A DNA stretch of 64,000 bases from Patescibacteria group bacterium. Its GTDB lineage: Bacteria; Patescibacteriota; Minisyncoccia; Phycocordibacterales; UBA1006. The translations under genes and the position numbers were made by a program. This document shows positions 37,015 to 45,923 of this stretch, in pieces. Position 1 is the first letter of the stretch. Each line of letters starts with the position of its first letter. Below the pieces are notes generated by a model. The model was not told where the DNA came from. It saw nothing but the letters and a program-made list of their open reading frames with translations, and searched no databases. The stretch covers positions 12,121-76,120 of the forward strand of contig JAQBQS010000008.1 of NCBI GenBank assembly GCA_028286885.1, given 5' to 3'.

Positions 37015-39924
37015 TTAGATGACGATCGAAATAATTTTGCCGGCAACATAGATAAATTTCTTTACGTCTTTTCCGTCAGTCCATTTCTTGATCTCGTCCA
37101 TCGCGAAGACTTTTTCGCGAACTGATTCCTCGCTTTCATCCTTGGCAAGTTCGATTTCGGCACGGACTTTTCCGTTGACTTGGATGCCGAGCTTCACCGT
37201 GTCATCAATGACAAGATTCGAATCATACTTTGGCCAATCTGACAGATGAATTGAATCAGTTTCGCCAAGCTCGTGCCAGATTTCTTCGGCGACATGCGGC
37301 GCAAATGGGGCAAGAATTTTCAAGAATGCCTTAAGATCCAAAACGGAAATCTGATAATCAGAATCAATTTCATTGGCAAGAATCATCAGCGATGAAACGG
37401 CCGTATTGAACTTGAATCCTTCGATATCATCACTCACCTTTTTAATCGTCTTGTGAAGCAATTTTTGTATGCCTTCACGAGTAGCGCCATTTGCATTCTT
37501 GGCCTTCTCGGAAATTTTCCAGACTTTTTCAACAAAGCGGAGCGTTCCAACCATCCCGTTCATGTCCCAACGCGCGGTCTGTTCAAACGGCCCGATGAAC
37601 ATTTCGTACAAACGGAAAGCATCGGCGCCGAATTGGTTCACGACATCGGTCGGATCAATTCCGTTCCCGTCGCGCTTCGAAAATTTCTTGCCATTCTTGT
37701 CCAAAATATATCCCAAGAATTCAAGGCGAGGAAACGGCTCTTCAGTCGAAACGGCGCCGATATCGAAGAGGAACTTGTGCCAGAACCTTGCATAGATCAG
37801 ATGCCGTGTCGCATGATCTGCTCCTGAATAAATATCGACGGGCATCCAGTGTTTTTCCTTGTCTTTGTCTACGAATGCATCTTGATTATGCGGATCAATG
37901 TAACGCAAGTAGTACCAAGACGATCCGGCCCACTGTGGCATTGTGTTGGTTTCGCGTTTTGCTGCGCCTCCGCATTTAGGACATGGAATGTTAACCCATG
38001 ATTCGATCGCGGCGAGCGGACTCTCCCCTGTTCCTGTCGGTTCGTAATGGGACACCTCAGGCAACATGACCGGAAGTTCCGATTCCGGAACGGGTACAAC
38101 GCCGCATTTCTCGCAGTGGATCATGGGAATCGGTTCGCCCCAGTAGCGCTGACGCGAGAAGACCCAATCCTTCAGACGATACGTAGCCATCAGTTTCCCG
38201 CCGACGAACTCGGTAATTTTTTTGCGAGCTTCACTTGAATCCATTCCATCAAACTCTCCTGAATTTACAAGAATGCCGGATTCGACATATGCTTCGTCAT
38301 TATTTTTTGCGAGACGCGCGAGCCAGTACGGAAGTTCCGAATTGACCATTTTGCCCGGAACAAATTCTGATTTTGAAACCCATACATTTTCGTTGCCTTC
38401 GTTTTCACCATCTGTTGGAATTTTAATTTTTGCATCACTTCGAAGTTCGAAATACAGGGCCGACGCAATCGCGTTGCGATTCTCGTCTTTATGCTTCGCA
38501 AAATACGATGCCTGAACTGGATTGCCGAGGAATCGCTTGAATTCCAAATCGGCATAACCCGTTTCCTCTTGCAATTCGCGCGTTGCCGCCTCGATCAGAT
38601 CCTCACCTTCCTCAACACCGCCAATTACAACTGTATCCCATCCGAATTTTGAATTCCTGATGATGAGGTATTTTTCAGTTTTCGGATCATAGACGATGGC
38701 ATGCACGTTCCGTCTTACTTTTGTCGCCTTATCTGTTCGAGGAGGATTTACATGATCAACAACCGAAGGCCGAACAACTTCGTGAATCGGCAAATCATAT
38801 TTTTTTGCAAATTCGAAATCGCGCTCATCGTGCGCCGGAACCGCCATCACCGCACCTGTTCCATAATTCGCCAAGACGTAGTCGGCAACGTAGACAGGAA
38901 TCTCTTGTGCGTTTGCAGGATTGATCGCAACAACGCCTTCGATTCGCACGCCCGTCTTTTCCTTCTTGGCATTTGTTCGATCAATGTCCGATTTCTCGGA
39001 AGACTGTTTTACGTAAGCTCGCACCTCATCCTCATTATCGATAACATCTTTATGATTTTCATCCAACGCCAATGTTACCCAAGGATGCTCGGGAGCAAGC
39101 ACGATGTATGTCACCCCAAAGAGCGTATCCGCGCGCGTCGTGAAAACAGGAAGACGCGCAGGATTTCCATCCGCATCGCGTCGTTCGTTCCAATCTGGAT
39201 GCGTCGTGAATTTCAAGTTGAAATAAATTTCCGAACCTTCTGAACGTCCGATCCAGTTTCGCTGGGCTTCTTTCACGCCTTCCGGCCACTTCGAGAGCTT
39301 GTCCAAGTCCGCAAGCATTCGGTCTGCATAATCGGTAATCTTCAGAACCCACTGGCGCATCGGACGCTTCTCGACTTTCGCTCCGCATCGTTCGCATGTT
39401 CCGTCAGCTTCGACGTCCTCGTTGGCAAGAACCGTCTTATCGACAGGACACCAATTGACCGGTTCATTTGATTCGTATGCCAATCCCTTGTTGAACATCT
39501 GGATGAACATCCACTGCGTCCACTTGTAAAATCCGGGATCGGTCGTGTTGATTTCTCGCGACCAGTCGTAATCGAATCCGATGACAGACAACTGATCTTT
39601 AAAAGCTTGAATATTTTTTTCAACAGCAACACGCGGATGGACTTTATTCTTGATAGCAAAATTTTCTGCAGGCAGACCAAAAGCATCCCATCCCATCGGA
39701 TGCAGTACATTGAATCCCATCATGCGCTTCATGCGACTGTACACGTCGGTCGCAATAAATCCCCGCGGATGTCCGACGTGGAGTCCGATGCCTGACGGAT
39801 ACGGGAACATGTCCAAAATCAGCTGCTTGGGCTTGTCAGAATTCTCAGCCGTCTTGTACGTCTGATTCTTGTTCCAAGTTTCCTGCCATTTCGATTCGAT
39901 TTTCTTGTGATCGTAATTGTTCAT
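37015..39924 (-). CDS. leuS: leucine--tRNA ligase carrying an inserted NUDIX domain
   Basis: HVGH and KMSKS (KFSKR) motifs. CP1 editing motifs TTRADTLFGVTYIVLAPEH and GTGAVMAVPAHD. The YRLKDWVFSRQRYWGEPIP segment. About 165 extra residues lie between KYDLPIHEV and LVNSGEFDG. Confidence 0.9.
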   Translation of the reverse strand: MNNYDHKKIESKWQETWNKNQTYKTAENSDKPKQLILDMFPYPSGIGLHVGHPRGFIATDVYSRMKRMMGFNVLHPMGWDAFGLPAENFAIKNKVHPRVAVEKNIQAFKDQLSVIGFDYDWSREINTTDPGFYKWTQWMFIQMFNKGLAYESNEPVNWCPVDKTVLANEDVEADGTCERCGAKVEKRPMRQWVLKITDYADRMLADLDKLSKWPEGVKEAQRNWIGRSEGSEIYFNLKFTTHPDWNERRDADGNPARLPVFTTRADTLFGVTYIVLAPEHPWVTLALDENHKDVIDNEDEVRAYVKQSSEKSDIDRTNAKKEKTGVRIEGVVAINPANAQEIPVYVADYVLANYGTGAVMAVPAHDERDFEFAKKYDLPIHEVVRPSVVDHVNPPRTDKATKVRRNVHAIVYDPKTEKYLIIRNSKFGWDTVVIGGVEEGEDLIEAATRELQEETGYADLEFKRFLGNPVQASYFAKHKDENRNAIASALYFELRSDAKIKIPTDGENEGNENVWVSKSEFVPGKMVNSELPYWLARLAKNNDEAYVESGILVNSGEFDGMDSSEARKKITEFVGGKLMATYRLKDWVFSRQRYWGEPIPMIHCEKCGVVPVPESELPVMLPEVSHYEPTGTGESPLAAIESWVNIPCPKCGGAAKRETNTMPQWAGSSWYYLRYIDPHNQDAFVDKDKEKHWMPVDIYSGADHATRHLIYARFWHKFLFDIGAVSTEEPFPRLEFLGYILDKNGKKFSKRDGNGIDPTDVVNQFGADAFRLYEMFIGPFEQTARWDMNGMVGTLRFVEKVWKISEKAKNANGATREGIQKLLHKTIKKVSDDIEGFKFNTAVSSLMILANEIDSDYQISVLDLKAFLKILAPFAPHVAEEIWHELGETDSIHLSDWPKYDSNLVIDDTVKLGIQVNGKVRAEIELAKDESEESVREKVFAMDEIKKWTDGKDVKKFIYVAGKIISIVI
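38275..38772 (-). other. NUDIX hydrolase domain inserted within LeuRS (residues ~385-550)
   Basis: Nudix box GGVEEGEDLIEAATRELQEETG lies in frame inside leuS (DNA 38554..38622), flanked by a complete Nudix-fold-sized segment. Confidence 0.6.
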
Positions 39925-39925
39925 A

Positions 39926-40543
39926 TTATATTTCTCCCGATTCTATCGACTCTCTCCTGTCTGCCAAGGTCTTGCCTTCGTATTTCCAATAAATAGTTCC
40001 TTGCGGTTTGTATTTATAACCAAGAAGTTTCCACGCTGCGTCTGAAAGACTTGTTACTTCGCCGTTTAATTCAATAGTCTTTTTTCCCGAAGATGCAACC
40101 ACTTTCGCCTTGATGCTTTCATTTTTTACGAAAAAGATTTCTGCTCCAAGAGGTATTTTTGCGGCTTCGAAATTAAACGATGATTTTCTTTCGCGCGCAT
40201 CTTGCAACGCCTTTTTATCTTCTTCTGATTCAAAGAAATCTTCTTTTGGTGTGATCTCTTCCAGTTCTGCGATCTTTAAGGCTGCGACAATCCTGTCAGG
40301 GGAAATTTGAAAGAACTCCCTATTACTCCTTACTCTGTTATTAAGAAATGCATCATGGAGAAGTTTTTCTATTTCCCTTGCGTTCCTCAGTTTTAACTTT
40401 GCAGCATAATAACATTCAAAAGGAAGCGGCGCTGAAGTAGTATCGAGCTCTTTAAGCCGTTGCTGAATGCTGGTAGTTGTAAAACCTACTTTAACATATC
40501 CCGGCATTGCCTCGTTTATTAAGACGTATACGATCTCGTTCAT
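39926..40543 (-). CDS. T5orf172 (GIY-YIG-like) domain protein with DUF4357-like C-terminus
   Basis: IVYVLINEAMPGYVKVGFTTTSIQQRLKEL...PFEC...EFF matches the T5orf172/MUG113 pattern. The stop lies 1 nt before the leuS ATG. Confidence 0.55.
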   Translation of the reverse strand: MNEIVYVLINEAMPGYVKVGFTTTSIQQRLKELDTTSAPLPFECYYAAKLKLRNAREIEKLLHDAFLNNRVRSNREFFQISPDRIVAALKIAELEEITPKEDFFESEEDKKALQDARERKSSFNFEAAKIPLGAEIFFVKNESIKAKVVASSGKKTIELNGEVTSLSDAAWKLLGYKYKPQGTIYWKYEGKTLADRRESIESGEI

Positions 40544-40595
40544 AAAAGCACTCTATCAAAAAACCCTCGAAAAATCGAGGGTTTGTAAGTTTCAA

Positions 40596-41531
40596 TTATG
40601 ACTCTGCAAATTCTCCAACGAACCTAATTTCCGGCTCGAGCATGACGCCGAATTTTTCATGCACAACCTTCTGGACATGCCTGATGATATACAAGATATC
40701 ACGCGACATCGCACCGCCTTGGTTTACGATAAAATTAGGATGTATTGTCGAAATTTGTGCTTGGCGATAGCAATAACCTTTGAGTCCGGCTTGGTCAATC
40801 AATTTTGCAGCCGCAATTGTCTCGCCTTGGTACATCGTTTTCTTGAAAACAGAACCGCACGATGGGAGAAGTTCTATGGAAGGATGCCTTTCTTGCCTCC
40901 ACGCCAGGTTCGACTTGATTTGCGAATAGATTTTCAATCTGCTTAATTTCTGCAGCGAGAATACTGCTTCGAGGACTACGTGATTCCCTGCATGCAAGAT
41001 CGAAGTATCATAACCAAACCTAAAATCATTATTATAAAGAATAGTTTCACTTCCCGTCTTTATATTAAAAACGTAAGCGTGGTGAAACACATCCGATATA
41101 TATGAGGTTCCATCGCGAGAAGCATTCATGAAGTGTAGATTCTGCCAAAGCGCCCCGCCGACCGTACTCGGAATTCCAGCGAAGTGCTCGAATCCGGAAA
41201 GGCCGTGATTGCGTGTCAGCAAAATAGCATCTTGCATCAATGTTCCAGATCCTGCGCGAAGCCATTTGAGCTTTTTGGTTTCAGTTGCTGACCATTCTTC
41301 AAGAGCAAGGTAATCATATTTGTTTCTAATCACGAGACCGCGAAAGCCTTGATCTGAAACTAAAATATTTGCACCTGCTCCGAGAATGAAGTATGGAATT
41401 CCTCGATCGAGTGCGTACAAGATGGCATCTTTCAATTCCTGACGCGTTCGCGCAATGACGAATTCGTCCGCCGGCCCTCCAATTTTGTAGGTAGTAAAGT
41501 GTTTGAGATGAATATTTTTTTCTATGTGCAT
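40596..41531 (-). CDS. murB: UDP-N-acetylenolpyruvoylglucosamine reductase
   Basis: TYKIGGPADEF and ILGAGANIL FAD-binding motifs; 311 aa. Confidence 0.85.
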   Translation of the reverse strand: MHIEKNIHLKHFTTYKIGGPADEFVIARTRQELKDAILYALDRGIPYFILGAGANILVSDQGFRGLVIRNKYDYLALEEWSATETKKLKWLRAGSGTLMQDAILLTRNHGLSGFEHFAGIPSTVGGALWQNLHFMNASRDGTSYISDVFHHAYVFNIKTGSETILYNNDFRFGYDTSILHAGNHVVLEAVFSLQKLSRLKIYSQIKSNLAWRQERHPSIELLPSCGSVFKKTMYQGETIAAAKLIDQAGLKGYCYRQAQISTIHPNFIVNQGGAMSRDILYIIRHVQKVVHEKFGVMLEPEIRFVGEFAES

Positions 41532-41591
41532 TTGGTATATTTTTCTTTTACCTTAGCAAAAAACCCCTCGAAAATCGAGGGGTTTAAAATA

Positions 41592-41891
41592 TTAGGCTGC
41601 TTGCTTCTGTGAAAAAGCTGATGCATAGCTTTGGACGCCTGACATGCGCGACCAAGGAAAACAATGACTTGGATCAATCACTTTCGGATCTTCATCGCTC
41701 TCTGTCATGACCGTCCTAAATTCAATACCTGCATTCTGTAAGATCGCTTTGGCAAGATTTCCTGCCCTGCCTCTTGGCTGATATAGTGTTATCATATAGT
41801 TTATATTTTTTGATTTACCCAAGATTAGCATGAATTTCCTTTTCAGGGAATTCAGGGCGACTACTGTATTACCGAGATTCCCGTCGTGCAC
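41592..41891 (-). CDS. hypothetical protein, weak ArsC/Spx/YffB-like N-terminus without a catalytic Cys
   Basis: MITLYQPRGRAGNLAKAILQNAGIEF resembles the YffB/ArsC start. The ORF-track start is GTG and overlaps the upstream gene; the real start may be ATG at 41795. Confidence 0.3.
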   Translation of the reverse strand: MHDGNLGNTVVALNSLKRKFMLILGKSKNINYMITLYQPRGRAGNLAKAILQNAGIEFRTVMTESDEDPKVIDPSHCFPWSRMSGVQSYASAFSQKQAA

Positions 41892-42505
41892 ATTATTGAA
41901 CGAGTCCTCGGTCCGAAGACGCCGTCAGCCGTCAGATTCTGACTTGCCTGGTAGGCAGCAAGTGCTGCGAGCGTTTTGCGTCCGAATACTCCGTCGATCG
42001 TTCCGATGATTCCCGTGAATTTCGCATCAAGGAACTCCTGCAAATAGGTTACAGCCGTTCCGCTAACGCCGCGATAAAGTTTCTGATACGGAATCGTGCA
42101 GATCGTTGCGGGCGTTGGAACTGGATCTGCCCTGCATTCGCCGCTGTAGAGGAATGTCGCATTGTCCGCGCCGAGCATGCAATTGTTAGCGTACGTTCTC
42201 TGGATCGGATCGCATGGAGCCTTGATACAATAAATCGTTTTTTGTCCGCAGACAGGCTGATAAATCGCAGTACAAATGATCGGATTAATCGGTGCATTTG
42301 GATTGCATTCGCCGCGGAAATAAGCCCACTCTTCGCATGTTACGCCGCTTGAAAATGTGCACGTGCCGACATTATTATTCAATGAATAAGAAGCACCATC
42401 GGCTATACATTTCGTCGCGGCTGGATTCGCCATAGCCGATGCCGAATGCCCTATGAATAAAGCTCCCAAAGCAAGAATTCCCGTCAAAAGTGTTTTCTTG
42501 ATCAT
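41861..42505 (-). CDS. secreted DUF333 + Kazal-like + peptidoglycan-binding (PG_binding_1) protein
   Basis: Signal peptide. MANPA...CEEWAYFRGEC (DUF333 signature). CTAIYQPVCG...TYANNC...GEC (Kazal-like). C-terminal YLQEFL...DGVFGRKTLAALAAYQ...DGVFGPRT (PG-binding repeat). Confidence 0.6.
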   Translation of the reverse strand: MIKKTLLTGILALGALFIGHSASAMANPAATKCIADGASYSLNNNVGTCTFSSGVTCEEWAYFRGECNPNAPINPIICTAIYQPVCGQKTIYCIKAPCDPIQRTYANNCMLGADNATFLYSGECRADPVPTPATICTIPYQKLYRGVSGTAVTYLQEFLDAKFTGIIGTIDGVFGRKTLAALAAYQASQNLTADGVFGPRTRSIMCTTGISVIQ

Positions 42506-42550
42506 ATATATGAGTATACAAAAATCCCCCGATAATATCGAGGGATTAAA

Positions 42551-43405
42551 TTATAAGATTGAAAAATCAAGATACAGCGGCGCATGGTCTGAAACGACAT
42601 TCCGCAGAACCTTGAACTGATTTACGGTAATACCAGAACTCACGAACATATAGTCGGCATATTTGCATTCCTTTTTATAGTGCCGCGTTCGTGTACTGGA
42701 GATGCCGTTTTCCGTGATGAGATTACGCAGGCCGAATTTCTCGATGATCGAAACGCTTTTCGTATCTGGCGCAAGATTGAAATCCCCCGCCAGAATGAAT
42801 TCGCAATTGAACCGTTCGTTCAAGTATCTCAATGCGGCGACAATTCGATTGCTTTGGTGCATGCGCATATCCGAGTCACCCTTTCCTTGGCCGTTCCACA
42901 ATCCGTGAACGTTCAAAATGCATACGCTGCGCTCCTTCGGAAGATATATTGAGTCCGAATCGAATCCGACAAACATCCATTGCAAAGTAACATTGGTGTC
43001 GCGGTCATAGCCGGAGAAAATTTCAAACGATCCGTAATCGAACCGATGCGGCTTTCCTTCTGCGTCTGACAGATACTTCATCGCCATCATGTTCCCTTCC
43101 GGTGCGAATGTTCCAAGAAAATCAATATGCGGCGAAAAATACGTCATGTATTTTTCAAAGATGTCATTCTTGTTTTCCTTGCCAAGAATCTCCGTGATAA
43201 TCGGCAGGTTGATCTGCAAATTCTGATTCCTGTAGAAAGGTTCCGTGCGATGGAGGGTTTTAGGATAATTCGGATTCTGAAACGTAGAAAGGACTTCCTG
43301 GAGGCAAAAAATATCCACCTTTCCCTTCATCTTTTCAAAAAACGAATCAATGCCGGCGAACCGATTGGCTGCCGTATTGAGCGAAACAAGCTTTATATTT
43401 TGCAT
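42551..43405 (-). CDS. endonuclease/exonuclease/phosphatase (EEP) family protein
   Basis: CLQEV, GDFN and SDHAPL motifs. Confidence 0.7.
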   Translation of the reverse strand: MQNIKLVSLNTAANRFAGIDSFFEKMKGKVDIFCLQEVLSTFQNPNYPKTLHRTEPFYRNQNLQINLPIITEILGKENKNDIFEKYMTYFSPHIDFLGTFAPEGNMMAMKYLSDAEGKPHRFDYGSFEIFSGYDRDTNVTLQWMFVGFDSDSIYLPKERSVCILNVHGLWNGQGKGDSDMRMHQSNRIVAALRYLNERFNCEFILAGDFNLAPDTKSVSIIEKFGLRNLITENGISSTRTRHYKKECKYADYMFVSSGITVNQFKVLRNVVSDHAPLYLDFSIL

Positions 43406-43473
43406 CTTTTTTATTTTTTTATTTTAAAATTTGAATACAAAATACAATATAAAAACGCTTTTTGCAAGCGTTT

Positions 43474-44385
43474 TTATCGTTTCCAGTTATCCAAGATGAC
43501 AGCTCCTGCAATCGCTACGTTGAGCGATTCGGCTCCGCCAAATCTCGGAATAGTGACAGTATCAGTTGCGAGCTTTGCAAGCTCGTCAGGAATTCCATGC
43601 GCCTCGTTTCCAAGGAGCAGAATGCCGCGCTCTGGAAATGGAAACTTGTGGGCGTCGCGTCCGCGCATGTCCGCCGCGATGACGGGAATGTTGTTGCTCG
43701 CCAAGAGAAAATCTTCCAGGTCGCAATAATAGACATCGACACGAGTAAACGATCCTTTTGTCGCTGAAATCGTTTTTGGATTATAAACATCAACCGTGTC
43801 GTTAGATGCAATAATTTTGCGAATTCCGTACCAGTCCGCAATGCGCATGATCGTTCCCAAGTTACCCGGATCGTTCACGCCCGAGAGCGCGATTACGATT
43901 TCGTTTCCAATCGTCACGTCGCCGAGCTCCTTCTGATGAAAGATGCCGATGGCAGCCGTGTTTCGCGCGAGCGTTCCGAGAGTGGTGAGCTCCTGCGCGT
44001 CCACAATCTCGACTTTCGGTCCTAGCTGTTTCGAGATTTCAGGATAGTTTTCCAAGAATTCATGTGTGGCAAAAATCGTATTGACTTCGTAGTTGGAATC
44101 CAATGCTTCGAGAATGCTCGTCTCGCCTTCTACCAAGAAAAGCTTGCGGGCTTCCCGGTCTTTCTTGTCATGGAGCGCTGCGACAAGTTTCGCTGCGCGC
44201 GTTTTCTTGACGAATGCGGCAGAAACGGGAATGCGCGAACGCGGCTCGCTTTTGGCAAGCTTCCATTTAGCGCCGGGCGTCGCTTTCTCAAAGCGCGCTT
44301 TCGGCTTCCTTGACGCAAATGATGCCGGTTTTCCGCCTCGCGGAGATGATCCTCGTTTGGAGAATGATGAGGTTCGTTTTTTCAT
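43474..44385 (-). CDS. TrmH/SpoU family RNA 2'-O-methyltransferase (RlmB-like) with an Arg/Lys-rich N-terminal extension
   Basis: GVNDPGNLGTIMRIADWYG SpoU motif. About 60 aa of basic low-complexity N-terminus. Confidence 0.8.
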   Translation of the reverse strand: MKKRTSSFSKRGSSPRGGKPASFASRKPKARFEKATPGAKWKLAKSEPRSRIPVSAAFVKKTRAAKLVAALHDKKDREARKLFLVEGETSILEALDSNYEVNTIFATHEFLENYPEISKQLGPKVEIVDAQELTTLGTLARNTAAIGIFHQKELGDVTIGNEIVIALSGVNDPGNLGTIMRIADWYGIRKIIASNDTVDVYNPKTISATKGSFTRVDVYYCDLEDFLLASNNIPVIAADMRGRDAHKFPFPERGILLLGNEAHGIPDELAKLATDTVTIPRFGGAESLNVAIAGAVILDNWKR

Positions 44386-44453
44386 GCTGATATTTTTACA
44401 CTATTTTTAGAAAAAAGTCAAATAAAAAGCTCCCTTTGCAGAGAGCTTGTATT

Positions 44454-45029
44454 TTAGACGCGTTCTTTCCGTTCTATCAAATTTATAATTGCATCCACTT
44501 TGGCATACAATTCTTCTTTGGTGCCATCATTGCATATCTTCATTCCGTCGGGAACTCTGCCGATGCAATACGAGAGGCATTGCTTGGTTGGGTCGTCGTT
44601 GTACATTTCGAGCTCTTCGTCAGCTTGGAATTTTTCAAAACTGACATTGTCCTTGGCCGACTTGCGTTCTTGGATGCGTTCGTAACGGAGTTTGATCGGA
44701 GCATTTACCGCGATCATGTACATGTCTTCTTGGCTGAGAATGTAATCGATTTCTTTCTTGGTTCTGATGGATTCCACGATAGTATCGATTCCGCTTGCCT
44801 GGATTTCCCGCATCTTTACGACTATGAAATCTTCGGTTCCTTCTGAGCGGAGATCGTTAGCAATCTTGACCATGTTATCGCGGTTAACTGCAATACCTCT
44901 TTCAATGAGTACCTCTGTGAGATAGCCGCTTACGCTGAAATATCCGTAACCTTTTTTCTTGGTCAGATACTCGACAACTTCGCCTTTCCCGGCACCGAGC
45001 GTTCCTGTAATTCCTATAATTTTTGCCAT
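44454..45029 (-). CDS. P-loop nucleotide/nucleoside kinase family protein
   Basis: IIGITGTLGAGKG Walker A; kinase-like size. Confidence 0.5.
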   Translation of the reverse strand: MAKIIGITGTLGAGKGEVVEYLTKKKGYGYFSVSGYLTEVLIERGIAVNRDNMVKIANDLRSEGTEDFIVVKMREIQASGIDTIVESIRTKKEIDYILSQEDMYMIAVNAPIKLRYERIQERKSAKDNVSFEKFQADEELEMYNDDPTKQCLSYCIGRVPDGMKICNDGTKEELYAKVDAIINLIERKERV

Positions 45030-45077
45030 GTTTTTTATTTGGTTTTGTGAATTAATTCACGACAAAATCTATATCAT

Positions 45078-45599
45078 TTATGCCTTCTTGTCAATACTGA
45101 ATTTTTTGACTGCAATCCAAACAAGCAGACCAAGCGCGAGTGCGAGAATGATCACTTTAAATACATTATTCGCATTGGACCAGTAGCGCACTGCCGCAAT
45201 GACGAGAGCAAGAACTCCCGCCCATGAAAACCCGGCGGAGAGAATCTCGTTTTTTATGAATGCAGCAACGGCAACCGTCGCGATTCCTAAGATTACAAGA
45301 ATGACGAACACATTTCTATTGTAAATACTTTGCGCAGTGTTGAAATCTTTCTGACATGCCGCGTAGTAATCGGTTACCTTCTGGTCAGGATAGGCTGCTG
45401 CTTGTACCTGTTGTACGGGACAATACGTCTCATACATCGGCTCCGAGTAGACGAGTGCGATCGCATAATTGAAGAAAAGATTCGCGACAATGACGATGGC
45501 AATGCCAAGCGCCCAGGCAAAGAGTTTCGACATGGGGCGATGCGTGTGATGTGTTTCCATATACAACAAGAATACCATGGCTGCGAAAAATAGTTCCAA
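45078..45599 (-). CDS. hypothetical membrane protein
   Basis: Four predicted TM helices. The ORF-track start is TTG, so the real start is uncertain. Confidence 0.4.
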   Translation of the reverse strand: MELFFAAMVFLLYMETHHTHRPMSKLFAWALGIAIVIVANLFFNYAIALVYSEPMYETYCPVQQVQAAAYPDQKVTDYYAACQKDFNTAQSIYNRNVFVILVILGIATVAVAAFIKNEILSAGFSWAGVLALVIAAVRYWSNANNVFKVIILALALGLLVWIAVKKFSIDKKA

Positions 45600-45634
45600 A
45601 GAAAAATCCTCGTTGTGACGAGGACTTGAAAAAA

Positions 45635-45865
45635 CTAAGCTGCAATAGGAAAGTGTTCCTTTTCATAATTCAGAACCCATGCATTAATCTCATCGAATCC
45701 CATAAGAGAAACATCCTTTCCTTCTATCGTTCCTCTGAACTCCGGTTCTTCATATCGACTGAGACTGAAAAGTGCATGAATTGGAATATTGAACAGTTGT
45801 AGCCAGTTAACGAACGCACTGCCGCTTTCCGAACACGGCAAAGCTAAAATATTATTGTTATTCAT
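45635..45865 (-). CDS. hypothetical protein
   Basis: 76 aa ORF with an ATG start. Confidence 0.3.
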   Translation of the reverse strand: MNNNNILALPCSESGSAFVNWLQLFNIPIHALFSLSRYEEPEFRGTIEGKDVSLMGFDEINAWVLNYEKEHFPIAA

Positions 45866-45923
45866 AATCTAAAGATTTTTTCCATCATATCACACAACAA
45901 CGTTTCGTGTATAATGGTTCCAT

